A DNA stretch of 64,000 nucleotides, from the sequence record OL741057.1. One strand, written 5' to 3'. A program made the position numbers and the translations under genes. This document shows positions 1 through 11,171 of the stretch, in pieces (the stretch's first letter is position 1; every line of letters begins with the position of its first letter). The notes beneath the pieces were generated by a model. That model saw only the letters and a program-made list of their open reading frames with translations. It did not search any database and was not told the origin of the DNA. Source of the stretch: Staphylococcus phage vB_Sau_P68.

Positions 1-2483
1 TTCTCTACTTCTACTCTTAATCCTCCAGGTATAGCTACCCCATCATAGTCTAACATAGATACCTTGGATGAATAGAATACAATATTACTTTGATAAGTTG
101 CAACCATATATCTTACAAGGTCTTTAATATTTGTTATTTCTTCTCCTGTGTATTCATTATAAAACTTACCATCAATATTAGTTTTATAGGGGTTATAGTT
201 AGCTGTAGGTGCTAGGAAAGGCTCTCCTGTTTTATTAAAAGTGTACTCTTTCTCTTTAGGTTTGTATTCTACAATAAGTACACCTTGTCTATTTGCATCT
301 GATTTAGTTCTACTTTTGTAAACAATAATACTAAATAGTCTATTATTATAAGAGAACGCACCTTCATGTTCAATCATATCGACAACTTTACCTTGTTTAG
401 TTAGGTAATCTCGTAACTCATAAGGATGGTACGTATAATCATTCATAATATCTCCACTAGGGCTTATCTCTTGTACCCCTTGTAAATGATAAGTATGTGG
501 TTCAATATCTCTAGTTGGGTTCCAGTTACCTCCTAGTGTCTGTACGATGGTATTATTTATAAGTGTCATACCTTGCTTCTTAGCTGAGTGGTTTGTAACT
601 CCCCCTAATAAATTACTTGACCATAATGTAGAATTAGAAGGGTTTATCCATAAGTACCCTGTTTTTTTACTGAAATCCTTGTTGAAAAATACTACCGTAT
701 CTCTCTGTAAAAACACACCTTTAGTTTGGTTATTGTATTCTACTCCCCATCCACTTTCTGTTCTAAAGAAATTCATGTATGCGTTTATATTATATTCTTC
801 TACAGGTTGTAACGTTGATTTCTCCTCAATATTTCTAGAATTAGTTACATCAAACTTACCTATATTATTATTGCTTGTTCTAGCATAGAGGTAAGTTTTA
901 GTTCCTTCTGTTTCTACATGAAGACCTTCTCCTCCGGTTGTTCCTGCGTAAAACATATTAACATACTTATAAAACTCATCATAGATAACAATTAGTCTTT
1001 TAGTACCACTCTCAGGAGCTGAATGTATAATATAGGTTTGACCGTTATTAATGGCAATACCTTGTGGGAAATAATACGTCACATTATCATTTGCTACTAT
1101 ACTATCATAGTCTTGGAATTTAAAGGGTAAATCTGCATGTATTTTTATGTCCCTAAACGTTGTATGTCTATACTTTTGTTCGGTATTTCTTATTGCAGGT
1201 AAATCAGTGTTAACAATTGTTTCAACCGAGCCCTGCTCCCCTGCTAGGTATTCATTTACCTCATCATAAAAATCTTTGAATGTTCTATCTCTAAAATCTT
1301 GGAATTGTGTTATAATACCTTCTGTTCTAGAACTTACAGCACTTATATTTGTTCCTAAGGTTTGAACATCTTTAGTAGCTTGGTTAGATGCTTCTATAGA
1401 CTCTTTAGTAGAGGCAATAAGTTCCTCTAGATTATCCTTCCCTACTCCTTCTAAGAGATAATTTATATCTTCCAGTTCTTTTTGTATCTCTTCTAAGTTT
1501 TTCATAGATTCTTCAATACTATCTCCTAAGTTTTCTAACATAGGCTTTTCATCTATATAAATACCATCATCTGTAAATTCAAATTTATGTTTATCATTTT
1601 TAATATAAAATTTATTATCTTCACTAATTCCATACTCAACCCAAACTTGAGCTTCATCTAACATTAAGTCATCGTCTTGTTTAATTACTCTATAAGACCC
1701 ATCACTCGACATTTCTTGTGTTGTTCTTTGTTGTGTTTCTGTATTTAATACTGATGTTCTAATATCCCCTCGTTCAGAAAGGAATAGAGTAGTTATATGG
1801 TTATCAGGTGTACCATCATCATAAAAAACGCCTTGATGTTTAAATAACATATTAGGTGCTTTTTGTATTCTAGGCTCAATCAATGTTTTATTACCATAAT
1901 ATGAAGTAAATAAATCTTGATATTCTGTACCAGTATAGAAGTCTGAAGCTTGTGGTTTCTCCTCTTCACCTGATGTCATAGAGAAGAATGACTTACCATT
2001 AAAAGTTTTAATACTTGTTCCTTCACCATCATCATACTTATAATTTAAAGATGGAAGTATCTCATATAGTGCACTACTATATTTATAAACACTATCCGTA
2101 TCAAATTTACCTCCGTCTAGGGGGTTAGTATTAATCATTTTATTTTGTTCATTATCACCGTACACACTTAGAATAATAGGACTGTTTATATCATCATTTA
2201 GAAATCCAATTAATACTACAGAACCTTCAGTAATTAAAGGTTTTGTTCCGAATACACTGCCTTCAGGTGTTCTACCAATAAAGGATTTAGGATAAGGTAC
2301 AGCTAAGCTACCATCATCTCCTATATGTCTACCTAGTGTTAAGTTATTAACTTTTACTTCAACTGATTGGTATTGATAATTTATTTTACTTACTGTAGCT
2401 AAAACTAGCCCTTTTACATTTAAGTCGTCTGAATCTACTCTTTTTAAACTTCTTCCCATGGAAGATTGGAATCTTACTACCAT
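1..2483 (-). CDS. tail/baseplate-associated structural protein, partial (start ATG at 2483; frame open past window edge, >826 codons). I recall the Kayvirus gene at this position as an ~848-aa glycerophosphodiesterase-family protein (tentative).
   Basis: Manual translation of minus strand from ATG 2483-2481 (MVVRFQSSMGRSLKRVDSDDLNVKG...) stays open to position 1. The start overlaps the upstream stop by 1 nt (TAATG). It lies in the tail lysin/baseplate cluster. Confidence 0.6.
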   Translation of the reverse strand, partial: MVVRFQSSMGRSLKRVDSDDLNVKGLVLATVSKINYQYQSVEVKVNNLTLGRHIGDDGSLAVPYPKSFIGRTPEGSVFGTKPLITEGSVVLIGFLNDDINSPIILSVYGDNEQNKMINTNPLDGGKFDTDSVYKYSSALYEILPSLNYKYDDGEGTSIKTFNGKSFFSMTSGEEEKPQASDFYTGTEYQDLFTSYYGNKTLIEPRIQKAPNMLFKHQGVFYDDGTPDNHITTLFLSERGDIRTSVLNTETQQRTTQEMSSDGSYRVIKQDDDLMLDEAQVWVEYGISEDNKFYIKNDKHKFEFTDDGIYIDEKPMLENLGDSIEESMKNLEEIQKELEDINYLLEGVGKDNLEELIASTKESIEASNQATKDVQTLGTNISAVSSRTEGIITQFQDFRDRTFKDFYDEVNEYLAGEQGSVETIVNTDLPAIRNTEQKYRHTTFRDIKIHADLPFKFQDYDSIVANDNVTYYFPQGIAINNGQTYIIHSAPESGTKRLIVIYDEFYKYVNMFYAGTTGGEGLHVETEGTKTYLYARTSNNNIGKFDVTNSRNIEEKSTLQPVEEYNINAYMNFFRTESGWGVEYNNQTKGVFLQRDTVVFFNKDFSKKTGYLWINPSNSTLWSSNLLGGVTNHSAKKQGMTLINNTIVQTLGGNWNPTRDIEPHTYHLQGVQEISPSGDIMNDYTYHPYELRDYLTKQGKVVDMIEHEGAFSYNNRLFSIIVYKSRTKSDANRQGVLIVEYKPKEKEYTFNKTGEPFLAPTANYNPYKTNIDGKFYNEYTGEEITNIKDLVRYMVATYQSNIVFYSSKVSMLDYDGVAIPGGLRVEVE

Positions 2484-3370
2484 TAAATATACACCTCTTC
2501 ATCAAATCTCATAACTCTTCCGTTAAACTCATTCCAATAATCATCGAGCTTATATCTACCTATAGGTGTTTCATCTTTAGGAAATTTACCTATCATAGAT
2601 ATAAATTCTCCGTCACCTACATATATTCCTATGTTAGTGTCACTTCTACCAAAGAACAGTATATCTCCTGCTATAAACTTATTAATATCTACTTTATACT
2701 TATGCCCTTTACCAAATACAGTGTAAAATCTTCCTTCTGTAAAGAAATAGTTAATGTTCATAGGGTAAGCTAACTCTTCATCTTCACTTAAGTATAACCA
2801 ATACAGTAAGTTATAAGTATCAATGTAAACATCTTTATCTGTACCAAAAGGATTCTCTTTAGGGGCTCCTTTAAACATATATTTTATATTAGTTAGGGAA
2901 TCTATAGCATCATTTAACTCCAACGCTAATATAGTACTTAAAGGTACATCTTCATTAAACAGGTATTCCTCTTCCATATACTCACCGTATAAAACATCTT
3001 GTATCTCATCAAAGTAATCTATTAGAATTTCTTGGTTTCTTTCTACTAAATGGACTGTTACTGTTGATAAGGAGTCTGTTGGTATAGACCCTCTATCAAC
3101 TAAATAACTTACCTTACGAAAACTTAATTCTGCTTCTATATCTGTACCGTTATTTAAAAAGGACTCATATTGAATCTGTTGAGGGTTTAAACTCTGTATA
3201 ACTCCTACATAAGGTCTAATGTAAACAACCTTCTCGTACATATCTTCTGTAGTTATCTTTTTAATCTCGGCATCTTTCTCTTTAACTCTTTCTGTAGTTA
3301 AAACATCAAAATTAAACACGTTATCTATGAATTTATCAATAATATCTTTAGCTTCCTTATCTGTTGCCAT
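2483..3370 (-). CDS. conserved tail-module protein (295 aa) downstream of the tail murein hydrolase
   Basis: 295-aa ORF tightly packed between the tail hydrolase gene and the next structural gene. Same size and position as what I recall for the Kayvirus tail-associated protein. Confidence 0.7.
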   Translation of the reverse strand: MATDKEAKDIIDKFIDNVFNFDVLTTERVKEKDAEIKKITTEDMYEKVVYIRPYVGVIQSLNPQQIQYESFLNNGTDIEAELSFRKVSYLVDRGSIPTDSLSTVTVHLVERNQEILIDYFDEIQDVLYGEYMEEEYLFNEDVPLSTILALELNDAIDSLTNIKYMFKGAPKENPFGTDKDVYIDTYNLLYWLYLSEDEELAYPMNINYFFTEGRFYTVFGKGHKYKVDINKFIAGDILFFGRSDTNIGIYVGDGEFISMIGKFPKDETPIGRYKLDDYWNEFNGRVMRFDEEVYI

Positions 3371-3383
3371 AGATTATCCTCCT

Positions 3384-5813
3384 TTATTTTTTATCATAAA
3401 TGAATTGAGCTTCTTTACCTATCTGTGAACTCATATCTATTGTTCTAGTTCCATAACCATTAGCTGTAGCCCAATTATGCTCAGATATGAATATTTTCTT
3501 ACCTCCGTCTAAAACTTTCTCAACGAAGGCAACGTGACCATAAGCATTAGAGCCTCCTTTATCTCCTCGTTGCCAAATAACACAGGCACCTTGTTTAGGT
3601 GTCCTACCTACTCCATAACCTGCTCCTTTAGCCCCACCAATCCAGTCGGCGGCATCCCCCCATAGCGGTACCGGTATACCTAATTGACCTCTTCTATTAT
3701 AAGCATACCAAGTACATTGATATTTATAATGTCTATTACCAGGTTGAACAAAGTTAGGGTCATGTTTAGGTAACTTACCATTATATTTTTTAAGTGAATC
3801 TAGTGAACCTCCATCTTGGGCTCCTCCACTATCAGAACCTCCTGTATCTCCACTAGTTTTTTTCTCTGATACTCCTTTTTCTTTAAGCTCTTTGGATGTA
3901 TCTTCACCCATAAGCCCACCCATAAAGTCAGATGATTGGTTCCATAAACCTGCAAATCTGTGAGGACTACCTTTACCATCTTCTAAGATAGCATCTTTTA
4001 AACCTCTAGTTACTCCTACAGTTGTATAGTAACCTTGTTTGTAATCAAACTTATGTTCAACAGATTCTATATAGAATTCCCAAGTATCTCCTCGTTGCTT
4101 ATCTTCAATAAATAGTCTTTTTCCTAAATCATATTTAGGGTCACCTAGAACAATAATGTCTCCTGCGTAGAAGTTAGGGTTACCATGATACCAATTAAAT
4201 AACATCCTAGAAAACATTGCTAGAGGGTCATCACTTGCATCTGAACCTGTGTCTGTAGCTATATTACTAACACCTTCAATAGCTTTTAGGTATTTATCAA
4301 AAGCGACATCATTAGGTGGCTCTCCTTTATACTCAATATAGGAATCTAATAATACTTCTGCGTGTTTTTTATTACCAAATCTATATTTAGTAATTAGTTC
4401 TTTTTTTGCCTCTGCTTTAGCTTTTTTTCTTTTTTTAGCATTGTTGAAGTGTTCTTGTGTTTTAAACTTCTCTTTTAGTATACTCTTTAATTTGTCTTTT
4501 GTCAACTTCGGTCTGTTATCTGATGTTAATTCATCATCTACTTTATTACCTGTTATCTTCTCGTATTCTTTTTCTGTTACTTTTCCTTCTTTGACGAACT
4601 TCTCTATAATTTTTTTAGCTTGAGCTTTTTTTAAGTTTTTATACTTTGAAGATAACTTACTTGTATATTTATCTATACCTTTTGAAATATTGTCTCTTCC
4701 ATAGTTACTTAAATCTTTCATAATTTTAGAATAAGTTCCTCGTTCAGTACCATTATCATCTCCTGCAGAATCAGAATCTTCAGTAGCTGAACCTGTTTTA
4801 GTACTTAGATAAAGGTTCTCTACTTCAAATTTAGTATACCCATATCTATCAGTCAATTCAGGATGAAATTGTGGTTTAGAAAATACATCACCATTAAGTT
4901 CTTTTAACATACCTGCAGGTGTAGCTGTAAATATAGAATATGTCTCTACATCACTTTTACCTACATCCTCCTCAATGAAGTCTTCGGTAGGTACTTTAAT
5001 CATATCCAAAGCTCTCCACTCAGTAGGATTAAAAGGTGTTTTTCTTAATACAAGTTGTGCTTTACCTGGTGTTTTTTCAGAGTTTTTGAAGAACAATTCA
5101 TTAAAAGGTCTAGCTGTAACCATATCCATTAACTGTTTTAACGAACCATCAAAATTAGTAAAAGCGGATATTTCAGTTAGATTTTCAAACTCATCCCAAC
5201 TACTTAAATCATCATAATCAAGATAGCTATCTATTGTATTATATGTTTTTTCAGTATAATTATATTTCATATATGGTATGAATCTACGTATAATTCCTGT
5301 CATTACTTCATGAGCTGAGCTACCGGTAAATTTTACTTCATTATCTCCATCACCATCAATAAGCCAACCTACTTCAGGAAGTACAGCTTGAACCTCTTGA
5401 ATAACACCTAATCCAAATTTCATAAAAGGTTTTACAAAAGATTGACCTGTTATTCTAAACTGAGTTTGGTCATTACCATAACTACCTACTTTTGATACTT
5501 GGGAAACCATACCTACTTGGATGAGTCGTTCTTGTCTTCCTTCTTTATCATTAGGGTCATCATTAGGAGTAATAAATATTCTTATAATATCATTAGCCAT
5601 AACTAGCTTATCCCAATAAGTATCTCCTGCCATATTTATTTGGAAAACTGAACTATCATCTTCCATAGAGTTTTTAGTTTGAAATCCTAATAGTTTAGCT
5701 CCAAACTCATCACCGTTATAATCCCGTGTATCTTCGAATCTTAATGTAAATGTATTATCATCTGTAACAATTTCTATTCTTACCTTAGGTCTTCTTATTC
5801 TACGCATATACAC
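3384..5813 (-). CDS. tail-associated murein hydrolase with C-terminal CHAP domain
   Basis: 809 aa. The C-terminal region (...QCTWYAYNRRGQ...GHVAFVEKV...) has the Cys/His spacing of a CHAP peptidase. It sits directly downstream of the tape measure gene. Confidence 0.8.
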   Translation of the reverse strand: MYMRRIRRPKVRIEIVTDDNTFTLRFEDTRDYNGDEFGAKLLGFQTKNSMEDDSSVFQINMAGDTYWDKLVMANDIIRIFITPNDDPNDKEGRQERLIQVGMVSQVSKVGSYGNDQTQFRITGQSFVKPFMKFGLGVIQEVQAVLPEVGWLIDGDGDNEVKFTGSSAHEVMTGIIRRFIPYMKYNYTEKTYNTIDSYLDYDDLSSWDEFENLTEISAFTNFDGSLKQLMDMVTARPFNELFFKNSEKTPGKAQLVLRKTPFNPTEWRALDMIKVPTEDFIEEDVGKSDVETYSIFTATPAGMLKELNGDVFSKPQFHPELTDRYGYTKFEVENLYLSTKTGSATEDSDSAGDDNGTERGTYSKIMKDLSNYGRDNISKGIDKYTSKLSSKYKNLKKAQAKKIIEKFVKEGKVTEKEYEKITGNKVDDELTSDNRPKLTKDKLKSILKEKFKTQEHFNNAKKRKKAKAEAKKELITKYRFGNKKHAEVLLDSYIEYKGEPPNDVAFDKYLKAIEGVSNIATDTGSDASDDPLAMFSRMLFNWYHGNPNFYAGDIIVLGDPKYDLGKRLFIEDKQRGDTWEFYIESVEHKFDYKQGYYTTVGVTRGLKDAILEDGKGSPHRFAGLWNQSSDFMGGLMGEDTSKELKEKGVSEKKTSGDTGGSDSGGAQDGGSLDSLKKYNGKLPKHDPNFVQPGNRHYKYQCTWYAYNRRGQLGIPVPLWGDAADWIGGAKGAGYGVGRTPKQGACVIWQRGDKGGSNAYGHVAFVEKVLDGGKKIFISEHNWATANGYGTRTIDMSSQIGKEAQFIYDKK

Positions 5814-5887
5814 ATACTTCCTTTTATTTTTTTTATATGTATAAGAGTAGTATACTATGATACTACTCTTGTGTCAAGACAAAATTA

Positions 5888-8800
5888 CTAATAACTTCTC
5901 TTATGTTCATTTGCAAAGATATCCATGTTGTTATCTAGTACTTCTCTAATTCTTCCACCTATAATGTCTCCAGTCTCTTCAGGATTATTTCCACCTTGAA
6001 CGTTAACATTAACTGTTACTCTATTAGTTGTAGAAGCATTAGAAGCGTCATTAGAACCTCTATAATTAGAGCCGGAAGATGTTAATATAGGTTTACTCAT
6101 AGCTTCTTGGTAGGTAGAGGATAATGCTTCTCCGCCTCCGCCTCCTCCGCCGGAACCACCTTTAACTCTTCCTCCTGTTGGACTCCAACCACCATTAGGA
6201 TTATAGTCTTGTTTCCAATTCTTGTTATTAAAGAATGCTAATAATTGGTCATACCCTGACGTGATATTACCATGACCTTTTACTTTATAATTATCAAAAG
6301 TAGAAGGTACATATTGTAATAAACCTTTAGCAGGGGTACCATTTATATTATTAATATCTCCAATATTTCCTTGGGTAATTCCAGGGTCTCCGCCGGATTC
6401 ATTGTGAATTAATGAAGCTATACCATCTACGTCTTTATCAGTGATATTAACACCCATAGCCTTGGCAGCCTTACGGATATCGTCTTTCCATTTATCAGCA
6501 GGTTTTTTCTCATCTGAGTTACTACTTCCGAGGTCTCCCCCCTCTTCAGTGTTACCATCTAGACTAATACCTTTAGCACTCTCAATAATTTTCTGAGCTC
6601 TATCAAGTAAGTCACTATAGATTTTAAGGTTCTTAGTTTCAGATTGGTTATTCTTTTCTCTAAGTTGTTCTGCTGTCATTTTTTCTTTCTTCTTAGTATC
6701 TCCTTTAACACCTTTAACGCCTTTTTTCTTATCCTTGCTATCTTCTTCAGATGCTTCAGCGTCATTATCAAAGAGACCTGTTATACCGCTCCATGCTTTA
6801 GATATAGGTTTTCCTATTAGAGAATCTTGGAATTTATTCTTACCGTCCTTATCTCCATTAGACCATCCTAGGTTCCATCCTTCTTTAGTGTTAGCTTTTT
6901 TAGCCATGTCTCCGACTTTTTCACCAACAGCTCCTCCTCCGAAAGAACCTATAGCTCCACCTATTAAAGCTCCAGGTATTGCACCTACACCACCAAATAA
7001 AGCTCCTATAGAAGCCCCTGCTGATGCACCTGCCATTCCTCCACCCATAGAGCCTACGCCTTTACCAATAGCTTTATCGTCTCCGGAAGCTAAAGCAGGT
7101 ATTAATGATAATGCAGATGTAGCTACACCTAAAACTCCGGCTCCTTTTCCAAGACCGCCTGCAAGTTTTCCAAGTTTTCCTATCCCGCTACCGCCTGCAT
7201 TAGGTGATTGTGACAGAATACCGTTTTTACTTCCATCACCAAACTTATCAGCAAATTTACCATAGGCACCTTTACCTTTGTTTAATAAGCTACCTGTACC
7301 ATCTTTTATTTTTCCACCTAAACCTTTGAAGTTCTTAGGATTAAGAATACTTCCACTGAATTCTGATTTACCAGTGTCAAATAAGCCTTTACCTGTTTTT
7401 TTACCTAGGTCTTTAGTTCTTCCTAAGTATTCTCCCATAGTAAAATCTCTGTTTTTAGGGTTAAGATGGTCAAATAATCCCTTACCAGTTTTCTTAGTAC
7501 TATCCCAAGCACCTTTAAACTGCTCTTTTCCGGAACGAGAACCACCTTTTTTATTTTTACCACCTAAAAGTTTATCTCCGAATAGCATACCTCCTGCAAG
7601 GGCTTCTCCTCCAAAGCTCTTAGCTTTTTCAAACATACTACCTACTCTAGAACCTCCTGAAGTTCCTCCGCCATTAGGTGTTTTAGGATTATTATTAGCG
7701 TATTTTTGTCTACCTGGACTTGTTCCTGGAGGTGGTGTTCCTCCTCCTGATGTACCACCATTTCTTTTCTTATCTACCCATTGTTTACCTTTACCTACTA
7801 CACGACCCAAACCAAATTGTCCTGCAGATGCAAGTAAAGAAGCCGTGAATACCCCTACAGCAGTGGCTCCGGCATATACAATTGCCGGTAGACCTGCAAA
7901 GGCACTATGAACATCTCTTACAGGTTGAGCTAAATCATAAATATCTTCTGCTTTATCATCAGTCTTAGCTTTGTTTTGGTCATTTTTACCTGCATCAGAA
8001 CCTTCATAATCAGTTCTATTGTCTTCTCCTTCTTTTTTACCTTCTTTTTCCATTTTTTTAGCTTTTTTAGCTAATTCTTCTGCAGATAAATCCCCTTTTT
8101 TATATTCATTAAATAAGTCATCTGTTTGGGATTGTGTTAAGTTAGCACCTAGACTATCAAAAGATTTTTTAGCAATAGCTTGTTGTTCTTTAGTGGTACC
8201 TCCCATTTGTTCAGCTTGACCTAGTATATCTGTTAAATTTTCAGGGTCTGATATACCTTTATCCATTCTAGCTTGTAAATCATGCATACCTTCTAGTCCT
8301 TGGTACTCAGTACCCCATCCCATAGATATACGAGCATAAGGATTATTCATACCATTTTTAATCCCTTGGTCTATACTCATCATTGCATTAGCACCCTGTT
8401 CACCCTGTAAACCTTTATTTCCAGTTCCTGCTAGGGTTGCTTGCATAGCTGATAAATTACTCATATCAGTACTAGACATTGTTCTACCTTGTCCTGATTG
8501 CTCAGCTATAGAACCTAATGCTTTAAGTTGCTCATCTTGACGACCAACCATACCTGATTGTTTAATACCGCCTAGGAATGCATCTTGCATTTCCTTCATA
8601 TTACCACTAGATACTCCACCAGTGTGCATTAATTGATTCATAGATTCTTGGTACATTTCCTGGTCTTGTATTCCTAATGAACGTCCCCCGATAGCAAGTT
8701 GTTTAGCTCCTGCCATTGTATCCTCATCACTTTTATGTCCTATTGATGATTCATATGAAGTAGCCATTTTCAACATGTCATTACTATTATAACCTAATTT

Positions 8801-9952
8801 GTTATCAATTGACAAGTCCCCATATGCATTTCTTACAGAATCTATATCCATATTATCTGAATTTTGACCTAATGATGTAACCATTGGTCTATTTGATTCA
8901 CTTAGAGAAGCACCTTTCATGTATAGACCTGTCATAGCCCCTGTCATAGCCATACCTGCATGAGAACCGATAGATGGTAAACGCTCCTCAATCATTCTAC
9001 CGAATGTTCCTCGTTGTTGGTCTACTTTTCTGCCTTGAAATTCTTGTTGTACTGAACCCTTATAATATTGAACAGTTTTATCAAGTTCTGCTCCTAATTT
9101 TTCATAGTTAGATATAAGTTCTTCTCTAGCTTTCATTTCCATTTTAATAGAAGCTAGTTCTTTTTCATATTGAGCTTTATTAATTTGACCACTAGCTCTA
9201 CGTTTAGTTAGGTCTTGTTGTTGGTTTCCATAATTAGTGTATTGCTCTCTTGCTTGGCTTAAATTACGTTGGTTTTGTTTTCTTTGACTTTCATAAGAAT
9301 CTACCTTACCTAGTTCACTTCTAACTCTTGCTCCTTGGTCATATGTTAAACGTCCTGTTCCTTCTGAACGTTCCATGTAACCTCTAGTCATATTACGGTT
9401 AGCTCTTAAACGTTTAGTATAATCTCTAGTAGCACTAGAATCTTTACTAATTTTATTGTATTCTTCTGTTACTTTATTTAAGGTTTTCTGTTCTTTAATT
9501 CTATTTTGAATACTAGCGTCTGAGCCTATTTTCTGTGAAGACATCTTCTCAAGACTTTCACTAGTCTCATTAACAACTTTATTCATCTTAGCGTATGCTT
9601 TTTCAACTTCAGGGTCAGGTGCTATACCCTTAGATATATTTTCTTTTTGAAGGTCATCTAAAGCTTTCTTTAGTTCATTTATATTCTTTGTAGCAGATTG
9701 AGTGGATTTAATAGATTCATCCATATCTTTAGAAGATATAACAGATTTACCTTCCTGTTTATCCATTGAGTCCTGTACATTTTTAACTTCTTTAGCAATT
9801 ACTTTTAATTTCTTTAAGAAATTGTTTAAAGGGGCATCAATATTTTTAGATTCCAGGGAATCCATATAAAGTTCTATTGCCTTTAGACTATTTTCTAAAT
9901 CCGAACTATCACCGGATAAGACCAATCTATAATCGTCATTCATTGCCATCAT
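5888..9952 (-). CDS. tail tape measure protein with lytic transglycosylase (SLT-like) domain
   Basis: 1354 aa. Coiled-coil N-terminal half and Gly-rich low-complexity middle with repeated TGKGLFD motifs. C-proximal HNESGGDPGITQGN...GLLQYVPSTF matches SLT transglycosylase motifs. Located between tail chaperone-like genes and the tail hydrolase. Confidence 0.85.
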   Translation of the reverse strand: MMAMNDDYRLVLSGDSSDLENSLKAIELYMDSLESKNIDAPLNNFLKKLKVIAKEVKNVQDSMDKQEGKSVISSKDMDESIKSTQSATKNINELKKALDDLQKENISKGIAPDPEVEKAYAKMNKVVNETSESLEKMSSQKIGSDASIQNRIKEQKTLNKVTEEYNKISKDSSATRDYTKRLRANRNMTRGYMERSEGTGRLTYDQGARVRSELGKVDSYESQRKQNQRNLSQAREQYTNYGNQQQDLTKRRASGQINKAQYEKELASIKMEMKAREELISNYEKLGAELDKTVQYYKGSVQQEFQGRKVDQQRGTFGRMIEERLPSIGSHAGMAMTGAMTGLYMKGASLSESNRPMVTSLGQNSDNMDIDSVRNAYGDLSIDNKLGYNSNDMLKMATSYESSIGHKSDEDTMAGAKQLAIGGRSLGIQDQEMYQESMNQLMHTGGVSSGNMKEMQDAFLGGIKQSGMVGRQDEQLKALGSIAEQSGQGRTMSSTDMSNLSAMQATLAGTGNKGLQGEQGANAMMSIDQGIKNGMNNPYARISMGWGTEYQGLEGMHDLQARMDKGISDPENLTDILGQAEQMGGTTKEQQAIAKKSFDSLGANLTQSQTDDLFNEYKKGDLSAEELAKKAKKMEKEGKKEGEDNRTDYEGSDAGKNDQNKAKTDDKAEDIYDLAQPVRDVHSAFAGLPAIVYAGATAVGVFTASLLASAGQFGLGRVVGKGKQWVDKKRNGGTSGGGTPPPGTSPGRQKYANNNPKTPNGGGTSGGSRVGSMFEKAKSFGGEALAGGMLFGDKLLGGKNKKGGSRSGKEQFKGAWDSTKKTGKGLFDHLNPKNRDFTMGEYLGRTKDLGKKTGKGLFDTGKSEFSGSILNPKNFKGLGGKIKDGTGSLLNKGKGAYGKFADKFGDGSKNGILSQSPNAGGSGIGKLGKLAGGLGKGAGVLGVATSALSLIPALASGDDKAIGKGVGSMGGGMAGASAGASIGALFGGVGAIPGALIGGAIGSFGGGAVGEKVGDMAKKANTKEGWNLGWSNGDKDGKNKFQDSLIGKPISKAWSGITGLFDNDAEASEEDSKDKKKGVKGVKGDTKKKEKMTAEQLREKNNQSETKNLKIYSDLLDRAQKIIESAKGISLDGNTEEGGDLGSSNSDEKKPADKWKDDIRKAAKAMGVNITDKDVDGIASLIHNESGGDPGITQGNIGDINNINGTPAKGLLQYVPSTFDNYKVKGHGNITSGYDQLLAFFNNKNWKQDYNPNGGWSPTGGRVKGGSGGGGGGGEALSSTYQEAMSKPILTSSGSNYRGSNDASNASTTNRVTVNVNVQGGNNPEETGDIIGGRIREVLDNNMDIFANEHKRSY

Positions 9953-10004
9953 TATTCACCGTCCATTTTAAAAAAATAAGGATGGTAGTATCACCTACCA
10001 CCCT

Positions 10005-10550
10005 TTACATATACCAATCATCATCTAGGTCTTCTAGTGCTTTATTAACGCTATCCTGTGATATCGTAGCATCCTCTTCACTAGTTTTACCATTTCCTAC
10101 TTCATCATCTAATTCTTCTTGTTTTCTTCTAATGTATTCCATCATAGCAAGATGTTGTGTAGTGAGTCCTTCTGTCTCATCATTCAACTCTGCATCATTT
10201 CTCTTAGCTCTTTCTTCTTTATCTCTATCAGATAGTTTAGCTTCCATCTGTTGTGCTAAGTCATCAGCATCTAAGAAATCAGGTACTGGGTCAAAGTCTT
10301 CATGAGATTCATTCCACCAACTACTATCATCATCTTCGAATTGACTATCATACTTGCCACCTTTTTGAGCTTGTTTAAGTTGTTTATTATGTTCGTAAAC
10401 ATCTCTGTTCATATTACCAATAATAAACTCTATTTGATAGTCATCTAAGTCCTTAAATCTTTGCTCAGTAGGTAAAACATTAAACTCTTTCATAATAGCC
10501 CATAGATTTCTAGATAAAGGTTGTTTAACAATTGATTCCATACCACCCAA
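10005..10550 (-). CDS. hypothetical acidic protein; possible tail assembly chaperone
   Basis: 181-aa acidic ORF immediately upstream of the tape measure gene, the usual chaperone position in myophages. Confidence 0.5.
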   Translation of the reverse strand: MGGMESIVKQPLSRNLWAIMKEFNVLPTEQRFKDLDDYQIEFIIGNMNRDVYEHNKQLKQAQKGGKYDSQFEDDDSSWWNESHEDFDPVPDFLDADDLAQQMEAKLSDRDKEERAKRNDAELNDETEGLTTQHLAMMEYIRRKQEELDDEVGNGKTSEEDATISQDSVNKALEDLDDDWYM

Positions 10551-10584
10551 TCGTTCTATATCTTTATCTAGTGTTTCTATACTA

Positions 10585-11040
10585 TTAGTAACGAAAGGAG
10601 TTTAGGAACCCTAACCAATCTTCATACATAACAGTTAAAGGATATAAGTTATAGATATCCTCAGGGTCTTGGAATTCCTTAGGAACTTCAATACCTACTT
10701 CTTGTAATGTAGCTAACATTTGGTAAGCTCTAATTACTTGGTCTGTTTGATACATATCCATACCACCTAGGTAAGCAGAACGTAACGCAAAGATATTACC
10801 TTGCTCTCGTGCATTAGGTAATTTAATTTTAACTCTAAATTGTAAGTCTAATTCTTCAAAGTTATATTCTTTTTCCCAAGTATCATTAACACCTTTAATA
10901 ACTTTGTTAATAACTTTTTCTTTTTCTTTCCTATCTTGGTATTTTAATTCATCTATCTCTTCCGGTGTCATTTTACTAACATCTTTTTTCTCTTCTTTTG
11001 TTTCTTGTACATCTTGTTCCTTTTTAATTTCTTCAGCCAT
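10585..11040 (-). CDS. hypothetical protein; possible tail assembly chaperone
   Basis: 151-aa ORF, second of two small genes preceding the tape measure gene. Confidence 0.5.
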   Translation of the reverse strand: MAEEIKKEQDVQETKEEKKDVSKMTPEEIDELKYQDRKEKEKVINKVIKGVNDTWEKEYNFEELDLQFRVKIKLPNAREQGNIFALRSAYLGGMDMYQTDQVIRAYQMLATLQEVGIEVPKEFQDPEDIYNLYPLTVMYEDWLGFLNSFRY

Positions 11041-11171
11041 ATTATGATATACCTTCCTTTTTTAAATATTAATAAAGCCTACGCTTATCCGATTCAATAT
11101 TAATATAACACGGACTAGTGTAGGCTTACTACTTTAAACATAGTATATCATATTTTGTTTTTAAATCAAAA

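Noticed and set aside
6735-7910. Plus-strand ORFs of 176 and 210 aa (Pro-rich) inside the tape measure gene
   Set aside because: They are antisense to a long, well-supported minus-strand gene. The Pro-rich translation is an artefact of reading Gly-rich codons on the opposite strand.
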